Assembly (NCBI GenBank): GCA_946623785.1
Contig: CAMORM010000001.1
Span: forward strand, 1,397-65,396
From: an uncultured Verrucomicrobiota bacterium
Lineage (GTDB): Bacteria; Verrucomicrobiota; Kiritimatiellia; RFP12; UBA1067
Length of the DNA stretch: 64,000 bases
Direction: 5' to 3'
The notes beneath the pieces are model-generated. The model saw only the letters and a program-made list of their open reading frames with translations, was not told the origin of the DNA and made no database searches. Made by a program: the position numbers and the translations under genes. Below, piece after piece: positions 28,501 to 37,157 of this stretch; position 1 is the stretch's first letter, and every line of letters begins with the position of its first letter.

Positions 28501-31500
28501 AGAAGCAGCGCGTGCCGATGCTCCAGAAGCTCTTCCGAAACATTCCGCTTCTCAAGGACCATCTGTCCAGCTATATGAGCGAACAGCTCGGACGCGCTCC
28601 GACCACGCAGGAGGAGATGGCGGACTACCTGTTCACGGTGATTTCGAACACCAAGAGCGACGGTGGCGTTGCGCTGATTGGTGTTCCGCCCGTGCAGTCG
28701 CTTGAAGCGGTCGCTACTGAGACAAGTGGAGAAGGACCGCAGAATGGGTGGGAGCAGACGTTCCTTCCGACGAGCCAAGAGGATGCTGAGGCCGCGCGAA
28801 ACACCACGCCGAAGGCCACGGAGAACACGCGGCAGGCGCTAGGAGACCTGATTGTCAATTCGCTCAAGGACGGCGTTGTCCGGTCTAAGAACAAGAGCCT
28901 GGTCCAGCAAGTCGCGGCATTCCTTGAAGGGCTTGGCGTGGATGTCACCGACGCGAAGATGGAAGGCGAGGAGTACACCGTCAAGATCGACGCGAACGAT
29001 ACGGTGAACGCGCTGATGTATCTGCTTGCCGGTAGCGGAGGCGAGGCGGGTGCTGCCGAGGCCGTCAACACCATCATCAAACTCGCTGACGCGCTTGACA
29101 AGAATGTCAACGTCGACGAGCAAGGAAACATCAGCTTCGTTGACCGCAACGCGGAGAGCGAAGCGACGTCAGACGCCGCGCAAGAGCAGAGAGCGGAAGA
29201 AGGCGAGGGAAAGAAGGAAGAGCCCGCGAAAGAGCCTCAAACGGAACCGAAGCCCGAAGAGCCGAAGACGGCGGAGAATCCTCCTGCGCCAGCAAAGCCG
29301 AAGGAGGAGCCAAAGAAACAGGAACCTCCGAAAAAGGAGAAGTCTGAATCTGGACGCGATATGGGGTATCCAGAGCCTGAGGACGCATACATCACTCCTA
29401 CGAATGGAACCGTCTATGACATGGGCGGGAAGTCTTCAGGCAACTTCGACATGTCCGAGATCTTCAACGGTCTTACAGACGAAATTGAGAAGCGCGCCAA
29501 GGACCATCCTGGTGAAGCGCAGATTGTCAGAGTTCCCGTGAAGAACGGTCCCGAAGGAGCGGCATACATTGAGTTCTCGGTTCTCCGCAAAGGCGACGAA
29601 CTCAGCGTGTCGGCACCTAGAATCGTCGATGCAAGCGGAAACCAAGTGAAGGGGGTAGCAACAAAAGGCGTCAACCTTCAGACGGATTCGCAGCAGGTTT
29701 CGAAGAAGACCCTCAAAAATCCGAACAACGAGCAGAAGGCCGAGGCGAAGGCGAACAAGGAAAGGGCCGCTGCCGCCGCAGACGCGATCCAGAAGCAGCT
29801 TGACGCTCGTGAGAAAATCAACAAGAAGGCGCAGGAGACTACGTCGTCTCCTTATGGCCCTCGTGCAAAGAATCCAACAGCAATCGAGCGCGGCGAGATG
29901 CCGCAGCCTCGTGGCGAGGGCAGCCCGCTGGCTCGCGGGCCTGAACCGACTCCGCAGAACGCGCGCGTTCCCCGTTCGTTGAAGCGCGTCTCGATGACGG
30001 ATCTCGGTCCTGTCGGCGAGGGCAGCCCGCTGGCCAAGGTCGACATGGCGCAGAAGAAGACCAAGGTCCGCACGGACGCGAACGGGAAGAGAACGCTGAA
30101 GAAGCAACCTCGCAGCGTCAAGGAAATCAGCGCAGAACTTGAGAAGGCGAGCGACGCATTCTATGCCGAGCATGTAATGGATGACGGGCTCTTCTATGAC
30201 GATCAAATTCGGGACGGAGGTAGGGTCGACTGGAGCGAAGTTCCGGAAGGGGATCGACCAGAGATTGTCAACGGATGGCGCTTCCACAAGATGGATGCTA
30301 TATACGGAGACGGCAGTTCGTCCGGTTGGGTTGTAACTCTTGACGAGCAGTGGAAGCCGTTCAAGAAGAAGATGACAGCTCTTGAGAAGGAGCTTGCCGA
30401 TGCGAAGAAGCGCGAGTCTGAGGAAGATTCCAATGTTCCACAGCCTGTCGCACCTGCTGCTCCTACTCAGGCGGTTCCTGTCCAGCAGAACATTCCTCAG
30501 CCAGCGGAGCCAGCCGCACAATCCGCAAAGCAACGCGTTTCGGAAGCAGTCGGCAAGGGAACAGAGGGGATCGTCAAGGCGGCGTCCGATCTCTCCGGCA
30601 TCGACGTTGGCGAGTATCTCGTTGAGGACTACGTGAGCGACACGGCACGCGCAAAGCCGCACCAGCCGTACACTCGCTACGTCCCTTCCGATGCGGACTA
30701 CCGCGGGGACATCCCAATTCACGTTGGCGTGCTTGCCGGGTTCACTTCGGAGCGGTTCGACGGACTGACCGACGAGGAGCAGCAGTACAACACTGTCCGC
30801 ACCGTCACGAACTCCGGCATCGCCGAGAGGATTCGCGACGACTTCGAGTCGATGGCGGACCGGCTCAACGACAACAGCGCAGGGCCTCTCTCCGACCAGG
30901 ACATCGGTCGCGCTCTTGCTCTTTACGCGTGGCTGTCCGACGGCACGAAGGGGGCCGACGGAGACTTCGGCGAGATGCTGTCGCAGGCGTCGGACTTCAT
31001 GGACGAGCGCGGGATGGACAACTGGGCGGACGAGGTCGCGGATCGCGCAGGTGACTTCATGGAGGCGATGGAGGGCTACGCGGAGCGCGAACTCGGCGTG
31101 GAGCTGTCTGAAGGCGAGGTTCGCGGAGAGGCTGCGAACGAGGAGGGTGAAGACGCGGAGCCGATTCGTCCGAAGATGGAGTTCGACGGACGTTTCGAAT
31201 CTATTGACAGCAAGGAGCAGGGAAGGGTTCTTGGCGAGGTCGAAAGGACGGCGCTGAACGTCATCGACGACCTCATCTTCGCCGCGTCTCCGATTGACGC
31301 GAAGCGGACGAAGGAGGCTGATTCGCTGGCTCATTCTATGATGATGCTGCCGTTCCAGTCATACAAGCTGTTGAACGAAGAGCAGCAGAAGCGCGTCGCC
31401 GCTCTTGTCGGTTCGTTCGTCGACAGCGAGGTGCCGGACAGGAATGCGAGCCCGGACCAGAAGATGCTCGAGCTTCTGGTCGACGCGATGTACGAGAAGC

Positions 31501-34500
31501 TCGCCGCCGAGCAGAACGTCGACTATGCAAAGCTTGGCCGTGATGCGGTAGACGCGAACGACAAGAGGATGTCCGTGTTCGATGACGGACCTGATGCCTC
31601 TCGCGTGAAGAGAGGCATCGTTGAAGATATGGTCTTCAACCTCTTGTCGCGAGCGGCTGGAATGAAGGCTACGGCGCACTATTCGAGGTTCGCGTCCGAC
31701 CAGACCGCCAGATTCGCGAACATGGACACGCTCCGCAAGGCGAACCCTCCGCTCGACTCGCTCCTGCGGTACATCGGAAACAACCTCACGGGGCGTCGGC
31801 GCGTATTCCAGAATCCAGCTCATCACTTCCAGATCGAACGAGACGAGGAATCCCCTCGCGCGGCGGTTCGCAACGCCATCCGGTTCATCCGCGAAAAGGG
31901 ATTCCCGGAGTGGGAGATCCGCGACGCGCTCCGCAAGGAGTGGGGCTCCGGGTCCGTTGTCGAGCGCGAGCTCATCAAGCAGATGGTCATCCGCGACGAG
32001 CGACGCGCCGGGAGGAACATCACATACACAGGGTGGAAGCTCGGAGAGGGCCTGTCCACGCGGGACGTGGATGCGTTCAACGAGACGATGAAGGCGGTCG
32101 GGCAGCCGACCACGATGGACGGCGCGTTCACGGACATCCAGCGCGTCGATTACGTTCTCGACGAGAATGGGAACACGTTCGAGCGGCAGGTGCCGTGGGA
32201 CGACACCACGCTGGAGAAGGCTCAGCTTGCCACCATCACGCGCAATCTTCTGAACGAGGCGGACGATGCGGCAAGCGCGATGCTCGGGAAGGTCGAGTTC
32301 CTGACGGACTCAGAACTCAAGGAACTGGACGGTGCGTTCGCCGCGCAGGCGAAGCTCAAGCGACTCTACAACCGTCTGACTGGCGTAAAGGAGGAGAACG
32401 CCGGAAGCCAGGATCGCAGTCAGACGGCGCGAGTCGCGGACAGCATGGCGCGCCAGCCGGACCGCGCGGCGAACGGACTGTTCTCCGCGTCCGCGCTTCA
32501 GCACCACCGCTCGCTTGCGAACAAGCGGTTCGACGCGATCTCGACGGCCATCCGCTCGTCGCGCGAGAACAAGCCGTTCGGCGCGCAGCCGCTCTTTGAC
32601 GAGAAGGCTGAGGCGAGGGTTCAGAGCCTTGTCTCCATGCCGGCGATGGGCGGCAGGATGTCGCTTGCCGATGCGATTGCGAAGGATGACGCCGCGGCAG
32701 GAATCTGGGCGGCGAGGTCGGCGATCATGTATGCCGAGATGTCGCCGAAGAGCGAACTGTCCGGCTCGCTCGTCCAGCAGGTTGCCGCGCGCATCGCCCG
32801 CATCTTCGCAGACGCGTTTCCGGAGCAGGCCGAATGGCTCGACCCGAAGGCGGACAACAAGAAGGCGACGAGGAACAATCCGCTCAAGCCCACGCAGATC
32901 CTTGCATGGAAGGGCGGCACGATGCTCGACGAGGTTGTCAAGTACGAGCTCGGGCCGGAAGGGACGCGCGACCTCGGTTCCCTCCTGTTGCTCGGGCCGG
33001 AGAACGATGTTGCGTCCTACGTTCGGACGCCTGTCGCCATTGACATGATTCTTCGCGCTCTGGAGCAGGTCGCTGCCCGCAACGAAGGAGTCCCGGATGC
33101 AGTGTTCGAGCGCATCGACGCGCTCCGTCACTCGCTTGAACGAATCGTTCTCGGATTCTCGATGGACGTGAAGCAGCCTCGGATGTTCGAGATTCAGGCG
33201 ATGCAGGGCGTCCGCAATGTTCTTGCTGAAAAGTTCCCGATCCGTGACTTCTCGGATGCGGTGATCTCCGGCGTAGACGAGGAGCTTGAGCGGAGGGAGA
33301 GCAGGGTCGAGAAGACCCGTGGCACGCCCGTCGACGAAATGCTCGACGCCGTAAATGCCGAGAACGGTCTGGACGAAGCAGGGTTCGACGAGGGCGAAGA
33401 AAACAGAGACGCGACCGGAGAGTCTGCCGAGATGGCCGAGCAGCGCAGGCTTGACGAAAGGGACGCCGCACAGTCTCGCTTCGCGTCGGACGCGTCTCTC
33501 GCGCTTGCCGACCCGAACACGGTCGCGTCTGCGCTTGTCGCATTTCGCGTAAAGAACAATGACGGTTCGTTCTCCTACTCCACGCGCGTTGCAGACGCTC
33601 TGCAATATGAGCGGATTCTGAAAAACGATCCAAGCTACACGTTCTGGAAGGAAAAGACGGACTACGACAAGCTGATGGAGCAGACGAAAGCCCGGCTGCA
33701 GAACGACCCCGGAGCGATCCAGCAGCTTGTCCAGGACGTTCTCAACGCATGGGACAAGACGGAAGCGACGGGTCGGCGCGCGGACTTCCGCGTGTCCGCA
33801 TCGCAGCTTCTCGACCTCAGGGCCAATCTAATTATGAGGCAGGCGGAAGTCAAGAAGGCGACGGACGCGCTGTTTGAAGCCGAGGCCAAGAGCGACGGGT
33901 CCGTGAACATCCAAGACCTTCGCGCCGCCGTTGCGGAGAAGGAGGCGCTTCTCTCGCAGGCAGTCCACGCCACGGCGTTTGCCGAGTCGGCAGCTGGCAC
34001 GGCGCTCGGTTCGCTCTCGCGTCTCGTCAAGGAGGACTTGTCTCTGGGCGAGCAGATGAGGCAGGCCGAGAAGGTCATCCGCAACACGAAGGGAATCGCC
34101 GCGGAAAACCGCGGTCCGCTCACAGCCGCAGAGATCGCGAAGCTCAAGGAGATCGCGGGCAAGTACGAGAAGGTCTGCAAGGAGCGCGACGCGCTTCTCA
34201 AGGAGAAGCAGGATGGATGGCGAAAGGAGCACGTCGACGGGAAGATTGAAGAAGGCATCCGCGAGGCGCGCAAGGGCAAGGCTGCAGGACGCAAGGCGAA
34301 GTCCGTAGCGGAGGCGGTGGAGGCTGCGCGCAAGGAGCTTGCGGACGGCGAGATGGTGGACATCTCGGTCTACCCGGAACTCTGGGCGCAGATCGGCGAC
34401 GCGGTGAAGGGAATCGCGCAGGCCATCATCGGAGAGCATCTGGAAGGGCCGTCGCGGCTCAAGGCGCTCGACCACGCGGAGTTCGCTCGTCGGCTCCTCG

Positions 34501-37157
34501 CGGAGACGAATCGCGCCTACGAAGGCCGCATCACCTCGCGCGACACGAACCACCAACAGCTCACGGAGCGCGACGTGATGGACCTTTTCTCGGACTACGG
34601 CGACCCGGAGAAGCTGCAGACCGACTACGACATCGCCGCGACGGAAGAACTGGAGCGCATGAAGAGCCAGTCGGCAAGGATGAAGGAACTTGCAAGGCTT
34701 CAGTCCGCGCTCGAAGACGTCAAGGCTGGCAGGCCTCCTCTCGAAGCATTCGGGCATCTGAGCAAGCTTGGTCCCACGCAGATTGACGAGGAGCTGGCGC
34801 GCGTCAGGAAGGAGCTGGACGATGCGTTCCGCCAGTCCGGCATCTCGACCGACCTGCTTCACCGCAAGATGAGTCCGATTGACCTAGCGCGCGAAAGTCT
34901 GGAGCGGCGCATCGAGGAAATCAAGAAGAACCTCGCGGCAGGAGAGATCGCGAAGAAGGAGGGGCGCGCGCCTCTCGTTGGCGAGGAGGGACTTGCGTCG
35001 CTCCGGGAGGAGCTCGCGTTCCTCCAGTCCGTGCAGAACGCCACGTTCAAGAACCGCGGCCTCACCGACAACGAGCGGATGCAGAAGATCGAGGAGATGT
35101 ACCGCAAGCGGGAGAAGGCGGCGAGCGACGAGCTCCTGCGCCTGATGTCCGGCGGGCGTCCGGTGAAGCCGCTCGACATGAGCGACGATGGTGCGAGGAG
35201 CGCGTGGGCTCACGCGGACGCGGAGTGGAAGAAGAAGGCCGGAGAGGCGAGGCGCGCGGCCGCCGCCGCTTCGCGCAACCTCAACGAACTGCGGAAGGCG
35301 CTCCAGTCAGAATCCTACAAGGGCGAGCGCGCGCTCGAGATGGCGATCGCTAGGAAGGAGGACCTCGCTGCACGATGGCGCGACGCGCTAGCGGCAGGTC
35401 GCGTCCAGATTATCGACAAGAGCCGAAACGGCAAGTACGACCAGTACGACCGTCGGCTTCTTGAGGTCAACCGCGAACTCAAGAACCTCGTTCGTCAGAA
35501 GAACGAGCGCATCGCGCAGATCGCGTTCGACCGCAAGAACAAGTTCGCGCAGGTTGTGTCGAAGATCTGGCAGGCGCCAAACCTCCAGCGCATCGTCCAG
35601 GCGTCCGGAGACCTTTCGTCCATCGGCGTCCAATGCGCCGTCGCGGTCCTCGCGAACCCCATCCACGGCATGCGTGCTGTCATCCCCGGCATCAAGGCGT
35701 TCTGGGGCGGGCTGTTCAACAAGCCGGAGTATACGGAGGCGTTCTTCGAGAAGCTTCGGCAGGACCCGGACTTCAACCGCATCGCCGACTTCGTGGCCAT
35801 CCCGGAGACGGACGGGAAGGGCGGGTTCCTTCAGGGCGGAACGGAAGAGTTCTTCAACCGCAAGGCGGTGCAGGACAGGTTCCCGAAGCTGTTTGGCTTC
35901 GACCTGTTCGACAACGCATACCTTCGCGCGTCAGAGGCCGGGTTCAACGTGCCGGTAGCGCTCATCCGATTCTCGCTAGCAAAGAAGCTCATCCAGCAGA
36001 TGCGTACGTTCCGCGGCGAGAACTACAAGCCGACGGACGATGAAATGCGTCTCATCGGCAACGTGGTCAACGCTGCGACCGGCAAGGGCAAGTGGCTTGC
36101 GGACGGAAGCAAGGTTAATCTCTCCGGCCTTCTTTGGGCGGCTAGCCGCGTGTCTGGACAGGTTGAGAGCCTTGCGATTGTACCGAGGCTTCTTGCTCAC
36201 GGCGAGGTCGGTGGAGATGTTCGTAGGATGATCGCAAAGGAACTCATCCTTCGTCCGATGCTGCACTTTGCGGAAGCGATGCTTCTGCTTGGACTGGCGC
36301 ACGCGATGTTCAAGGACGAGGACGACGACGATCCGTTCCTCGAGATCGACCCGCGCAGCAGCAAGTTCCTGCGCGCGAAGATCGGGAACCGCTACATCTC
36401 CATCACGGGCGGTCTTGAGCAGTACGTCGTCCTTCTTAGCAAGGCCGTCTCCGGGCAGGTCAAGACGAAGGATGGCGAGATCATCAAGTTGCGCGGAGAA
36501 GGCGCGGCATACGGACGCGCCTGGTCGGACGAGCTGTCGAGGATGTTCTGGAGCAAGATTCGCCCTGACGTCGGCCTCGCAAAACAGCTCATTGATGCTA
36601 GAACGGCGACAGGCAAGCGCATCCAGCCGACGTGGTTCGGCAAGGACGGACGCCTGCTGTTCCTCGTCAACAACACCGTCATGCCGCTCACGGCCCGTGA
36701 CATCATCGAGGCAGGCGTCGACATCGGCGAGAACGGGATGGGCGTGACAACCGCGCTTGCGTCAATCGCCGTCCTCGGCTACAACGGCAGCGACTTCGGA
36801 GAGAATGCCTACACGAAGGACCGGGCGAAGATTGACCGCGTGGCGCAGGCCCGCCGCGACATGAAGAACGGCAAGGAAGGCGCGGACGAGAAGTACGCCG
36901 CGATCGCCGGACAGGAGGCGATGCAGCGCTACATCTCGGCGTCGGAGAGCAAGCGCGTCAAGAAGATCGGAGACCGCATCACCGAGCTGGACGAGCTTCT
37001 CGAGCGAGGGGAGCCGAAGCGCGCGAAGAAGAACGGCCCCATCCTCTCGCGCCGGATGCTTACGCGGCAGGAGCGCAAGGAGGCGCGAGAGGAGAAGGAG
37101 CGGCTCGAGGCCGAGTACCACGAGCTCGTGTGGCCCGAACTCAAGCGGATTCGATAG
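25563..37157 (+). CDS. giant multi-region protein (3864 aa) with a zincin-like HExxH motif (HESFH at residues 881-885) and hydrophobic C-terminal segments; candidate virion-packaged ejection or polyvalent protein
   Basis: one uninterrupted 11,595-nt frame with uniform GC3 bias; start 4 nt after the preceding stop; acidic N-terminus, long Ala/Lys/Glu helices, HExxH, repeated GEGSPLA; no NTPase motifs seen. Confidence 0.55.
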   Translation: MPIDNINDPWRNEEEEPEIQAAHHPVQQQQTEEGSDLGGLPEVSREEQSRVYLDALARSQGAERFEQEQKPEPEPTQNGPSPNDIVEVAGQPQQETQEPPPDPYAPTWEQKHDIRHVDYGMGMDDERRARDKLVDQIKAQVRFARDHGQDVTNEEWGDNEQIDAVLNGYGVRENFSPEATDMLNRFAEHVGVKYQAAKDEMGRLEGVVNTAKNTLNPNAIVEGWAETTKTLGWMTGSVSDQDFEDYLLDKMDKDELSRISDPGKVEGLKDVHGVLDAFALVGNVFAEQSSIIAESMIVAGLSAATGGAAAGAFGGARLAAREAAEKAVRKAAQKEIRKIAEKKALEATARKAGAAAAKAATEAAARKATAKSIGSNIGALVVDAQFNLGSSAEQRMSEAMARGSTHIDKGAVFGQAAGRTFADYFGPIRKMATRPFRAGTTIQQMAADGVLTDARTFAGGLVGAGARYAKDAFGAGLSFEGETISDRITNKVINDTYLLNGERDWTDAFASDLETFVKGGIMSVTGIPSLARRSFAEVQMNRAVDAFADTNGAAFDNAFAKSRRERDTFASPGFRSLDLTSQRSILEMNRLKAKLDQENNLAKSGTAGEIGEAAGNAFQIQNQIDKLRETLSPEGRKWVDAYNSQFNRPGVGMQDFDKAVKSDPNVAAKLQTEYAPDVSGVDQVVDWVSKLVGKELSYDNIRNAANENGGLVIDSGNVRIRIDDGLENGLVVSVCRTDGGPMADTYVSEFRQADFAEDGESVDSSDAFYKTLQAATGCARKLSSWAKWSDAQTYGRDMSFANALAQKSGRNVTIIRSARDLVNAGLVDERGIFKGSNEQVLGDLPNGLNGKWRGVTTGDGHIYVNASAYRSPAELAAIIDHESFHSRFIEMVKNGVGEKEAQKIAADFERKYGRPLSADNLKRAMKATILGVELTADDFAGLNDDAVDQKLAKTLTKKLDDALVSREERLAYDSEGMIPQKQRVPMLQKLFRNIPLLKDHLSSYMSEQLGRAPTTQEEMADYLFTVISNTKSDGGVALIGVPPVQSLEAVATETSGEGPQNGWEQTFLPTSQEDAEAARNTTPKATENTRQALGDLIVNSLKDGVVRSKNKSLVQQVAAFLEGLGVDVTDAKMEGEEYTVKIDANDTVNALMYLLAGSGGEAGAAEAVNTIIKLADALDKNVNVDEQGNISFVDRNAESEATSDAAQEQRAEEGEGKKEEPAKEPQTEPKPEEPKTAENPPAPAKPKEEPKKQEPPKKEKSESGRDMGYPEPEDAYITPTNGTVYDMGGKSSGNFDMSEIFNGLTDEIEKRAKDHPGEAQIVRVPVKNGPEGAAYIEFSVLRKGDELSVSAPRIVDASGNQVKGVATKGVNLQTDSQQVSKKTLKNPNNEQKAEAKANKERAAAAADAIQKQLDAREKINKKAQETTSSPYGPRAKNPTAIERGEMPQPRGEGSPLARGPEPTPQNARVPRSLKRVSMTDLGPVGEGSPLAKVDMAQKKTKVRTDANGKRTLKKQPRSVKEISAELEKASDAFYAEHVMDDGLFYDDQIRDGGRVDWSEVPEGDRPEIVNGWRFHKMDAIYGDGSSSGWVVTLDEQWKPFKKKMTALEKELADAKKRESEEDSNVPQPVAPAAPTQAVPVQQNIPQPAEPAAQSAKQRVSEAVGKGTEGIVKAASDLSGIDVGEYLVEDYVSDTARAKPHQPYTRYVPSDADYRGDIPIHVGVLAGFTSERFDGLTDEEQQYNTVRTVTNSGIAERIRDDFESMADRLNDNSAGPLSDQDIGRALALYAWLSDGTKGADGDFGEMLSQASDFMDERGMDNWADEVADRAGDFMEAMEGYAERELGVELSEGEVRGEAANEEGEDAEPIRPKMEFDGRFESIDSKEQGRVLGEVERTALNVIDDLIFAASPIDAKRTKEADSLAHSMMMLPFQSYKLLNEEQQKRVAALVGSFVDSEVPDRNASPDQKMLELLVDAMYEKLAAEQNVDYAKLGRDAVDANDKRMSVFDDGPDASRVKRGIVEDMVFNLLSRAAGMKATAHYSRFASDQTARFANMDTLRKANPPLDSLLRYIGNNLTGRRRVFQNPAHHFQIERDEESPRAAVRNAIRFIREKGFPEWEIRDALRKEWGSGSVVERELIKQMVIRDERRAGRNITYTGWKLGEGLSTRDVDAFNETMKAVGQPTTMDGAFTDIQRVDYVLDENGNTFERQVPWDDTTLEKAQLATITRNLLNEADDAASAMLGKVEFLTDSELKELDGAFAAQAKLKRLYNRLTGVKEENAGSQDRSQTARVADSMARQPDRAANGLFSASALQHHRSLANKRFDAISTAIRSSRENKPFGAQPLFDEKAEARVQSLVSMPAMGGRMSLADAIAKDDAAAGIWAARSAIMYAEMSPKSELSGSLVQQVAARIARIFADAFPEQAEWLDPKADNKKATRNNPLKPTQILAWKGGTMLDEVVKYELGPEGTRDLGSLLLLGPENDVASYVRTPVAIDMILRALEQVAARNEGVPDAVFERIDALRHSLERIVLGFSMDVKQPRMFEIQAMQGVRNVLAEKFPIRDFSDAVISGVDEELERRESRVEKTRGTPVDEMLDAVNAENGLDEAGFDEGEENRDATGESAEMAEQRRLDERDAAQSRFASDASLALADPNTVASALVAFRVKNNDGSFSYSTRVADALQYERILKNDPSYTFWKEKTDYDKLMEQTKARLQNDPGAIQQLVQDVLNAWDKTEATGRRADFRVSASQLLDLRANLIMRQAEVKKATDALFEAEAKSDGSVNIQDLRAAVAEKEALLSQAVHATAFAESAAGTALGSLSRLVKEDLSLGEQMRQAEKVIRNTKGIAAENRGPLTAAEIAKLKEIAGKYEKVCKERDALLKEKQDGWRKEHVDGKIEEGIREARKGKAAGRKAKSVAEAVEAARKELADGEMVDISVYPELWAQIGDAVKGIAQAIIGEHLEGPSRLKALDHAEFARRLLAETNRAYEGRITSRDTNHQQLTERDVMDLFSDYGDPEKLQTDYDIAATEELERMKSQSARMKELARLQSALEDVKAGRPPLEAFGHLSKLGPTQIDEELARVRKELDDAFRQSGISTDLLHRKMSPIDLARESLERRIEEIKKNLAAGEIAKKEGRAPLVGEEGLASLREELAFLQSVQNATFKNRGLTDNERMQKIEEMYRKREKAASDELLRLMSGGRPVKPLDMSDDGARSAWAHADAEWKKKAGEARRAAAAASRNLNELRKALQSESYKGERALEMAIARKEDLAARWRDALAAGRVQIIDKSRNGKYDQYDRRLLEVNRELKNLVRQKNERIAQIAFDRKNKFAQVVSKIWQAPNLQRIVQASGDLSSIGVQCAVAVLANPIHGMRAVIPGIKAFWGGLFNKPEYTEAFFEKLRQDPDFNRIADFVAIPETDGKGGFLQGGTEEFFNRKAVQDRFPKLFGFDLFDNAYLRASEAGFNVPVALIRFSLAKKLIQQMRTFRGENYKPTDDEMRLIGNVVNAATGKGKWLADGSKVNLSGLLWAASRVSGQVESLAIVPRLLAHGEVGGDVRRMIAKELILRPMLHFAEAMLLLGLAHAMFKDEDDDDPFLEIDPRSSKFLRAKIGNRYISITGGLEQYVVLLSKAVSGQVKTKDGEIIKLRGEGAAYGRAWSDELSRMFWSKIRPDVGLAKQLIDARTATGKRIQPTWFGKDGRLLFLVNNTVMPLTARDIIEAGVDIGENGMGVTTALASIAVLGYNGSDFGENAYTKDRAKIDRVAQARRDMKNGKEGADEKYAAIAGQEAMQRYISASESKRVKKIGDRITELDELLERGEPKRAKKNGPILSRRMLTRQERKEAREEKERLEAEYHELVWPELKRIR

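Noticed and set aside
25563-37157. Giant ORF as a mis-assembly or fusion of several genes
   Set aside because: No frame change is needed and there are no internal stops. Codon bias is uniform and there are no internal ribosome-binding-site/ATG junctions typical of concatenated genes. This cannot be excluded without reads, so it is kept as a single CDS
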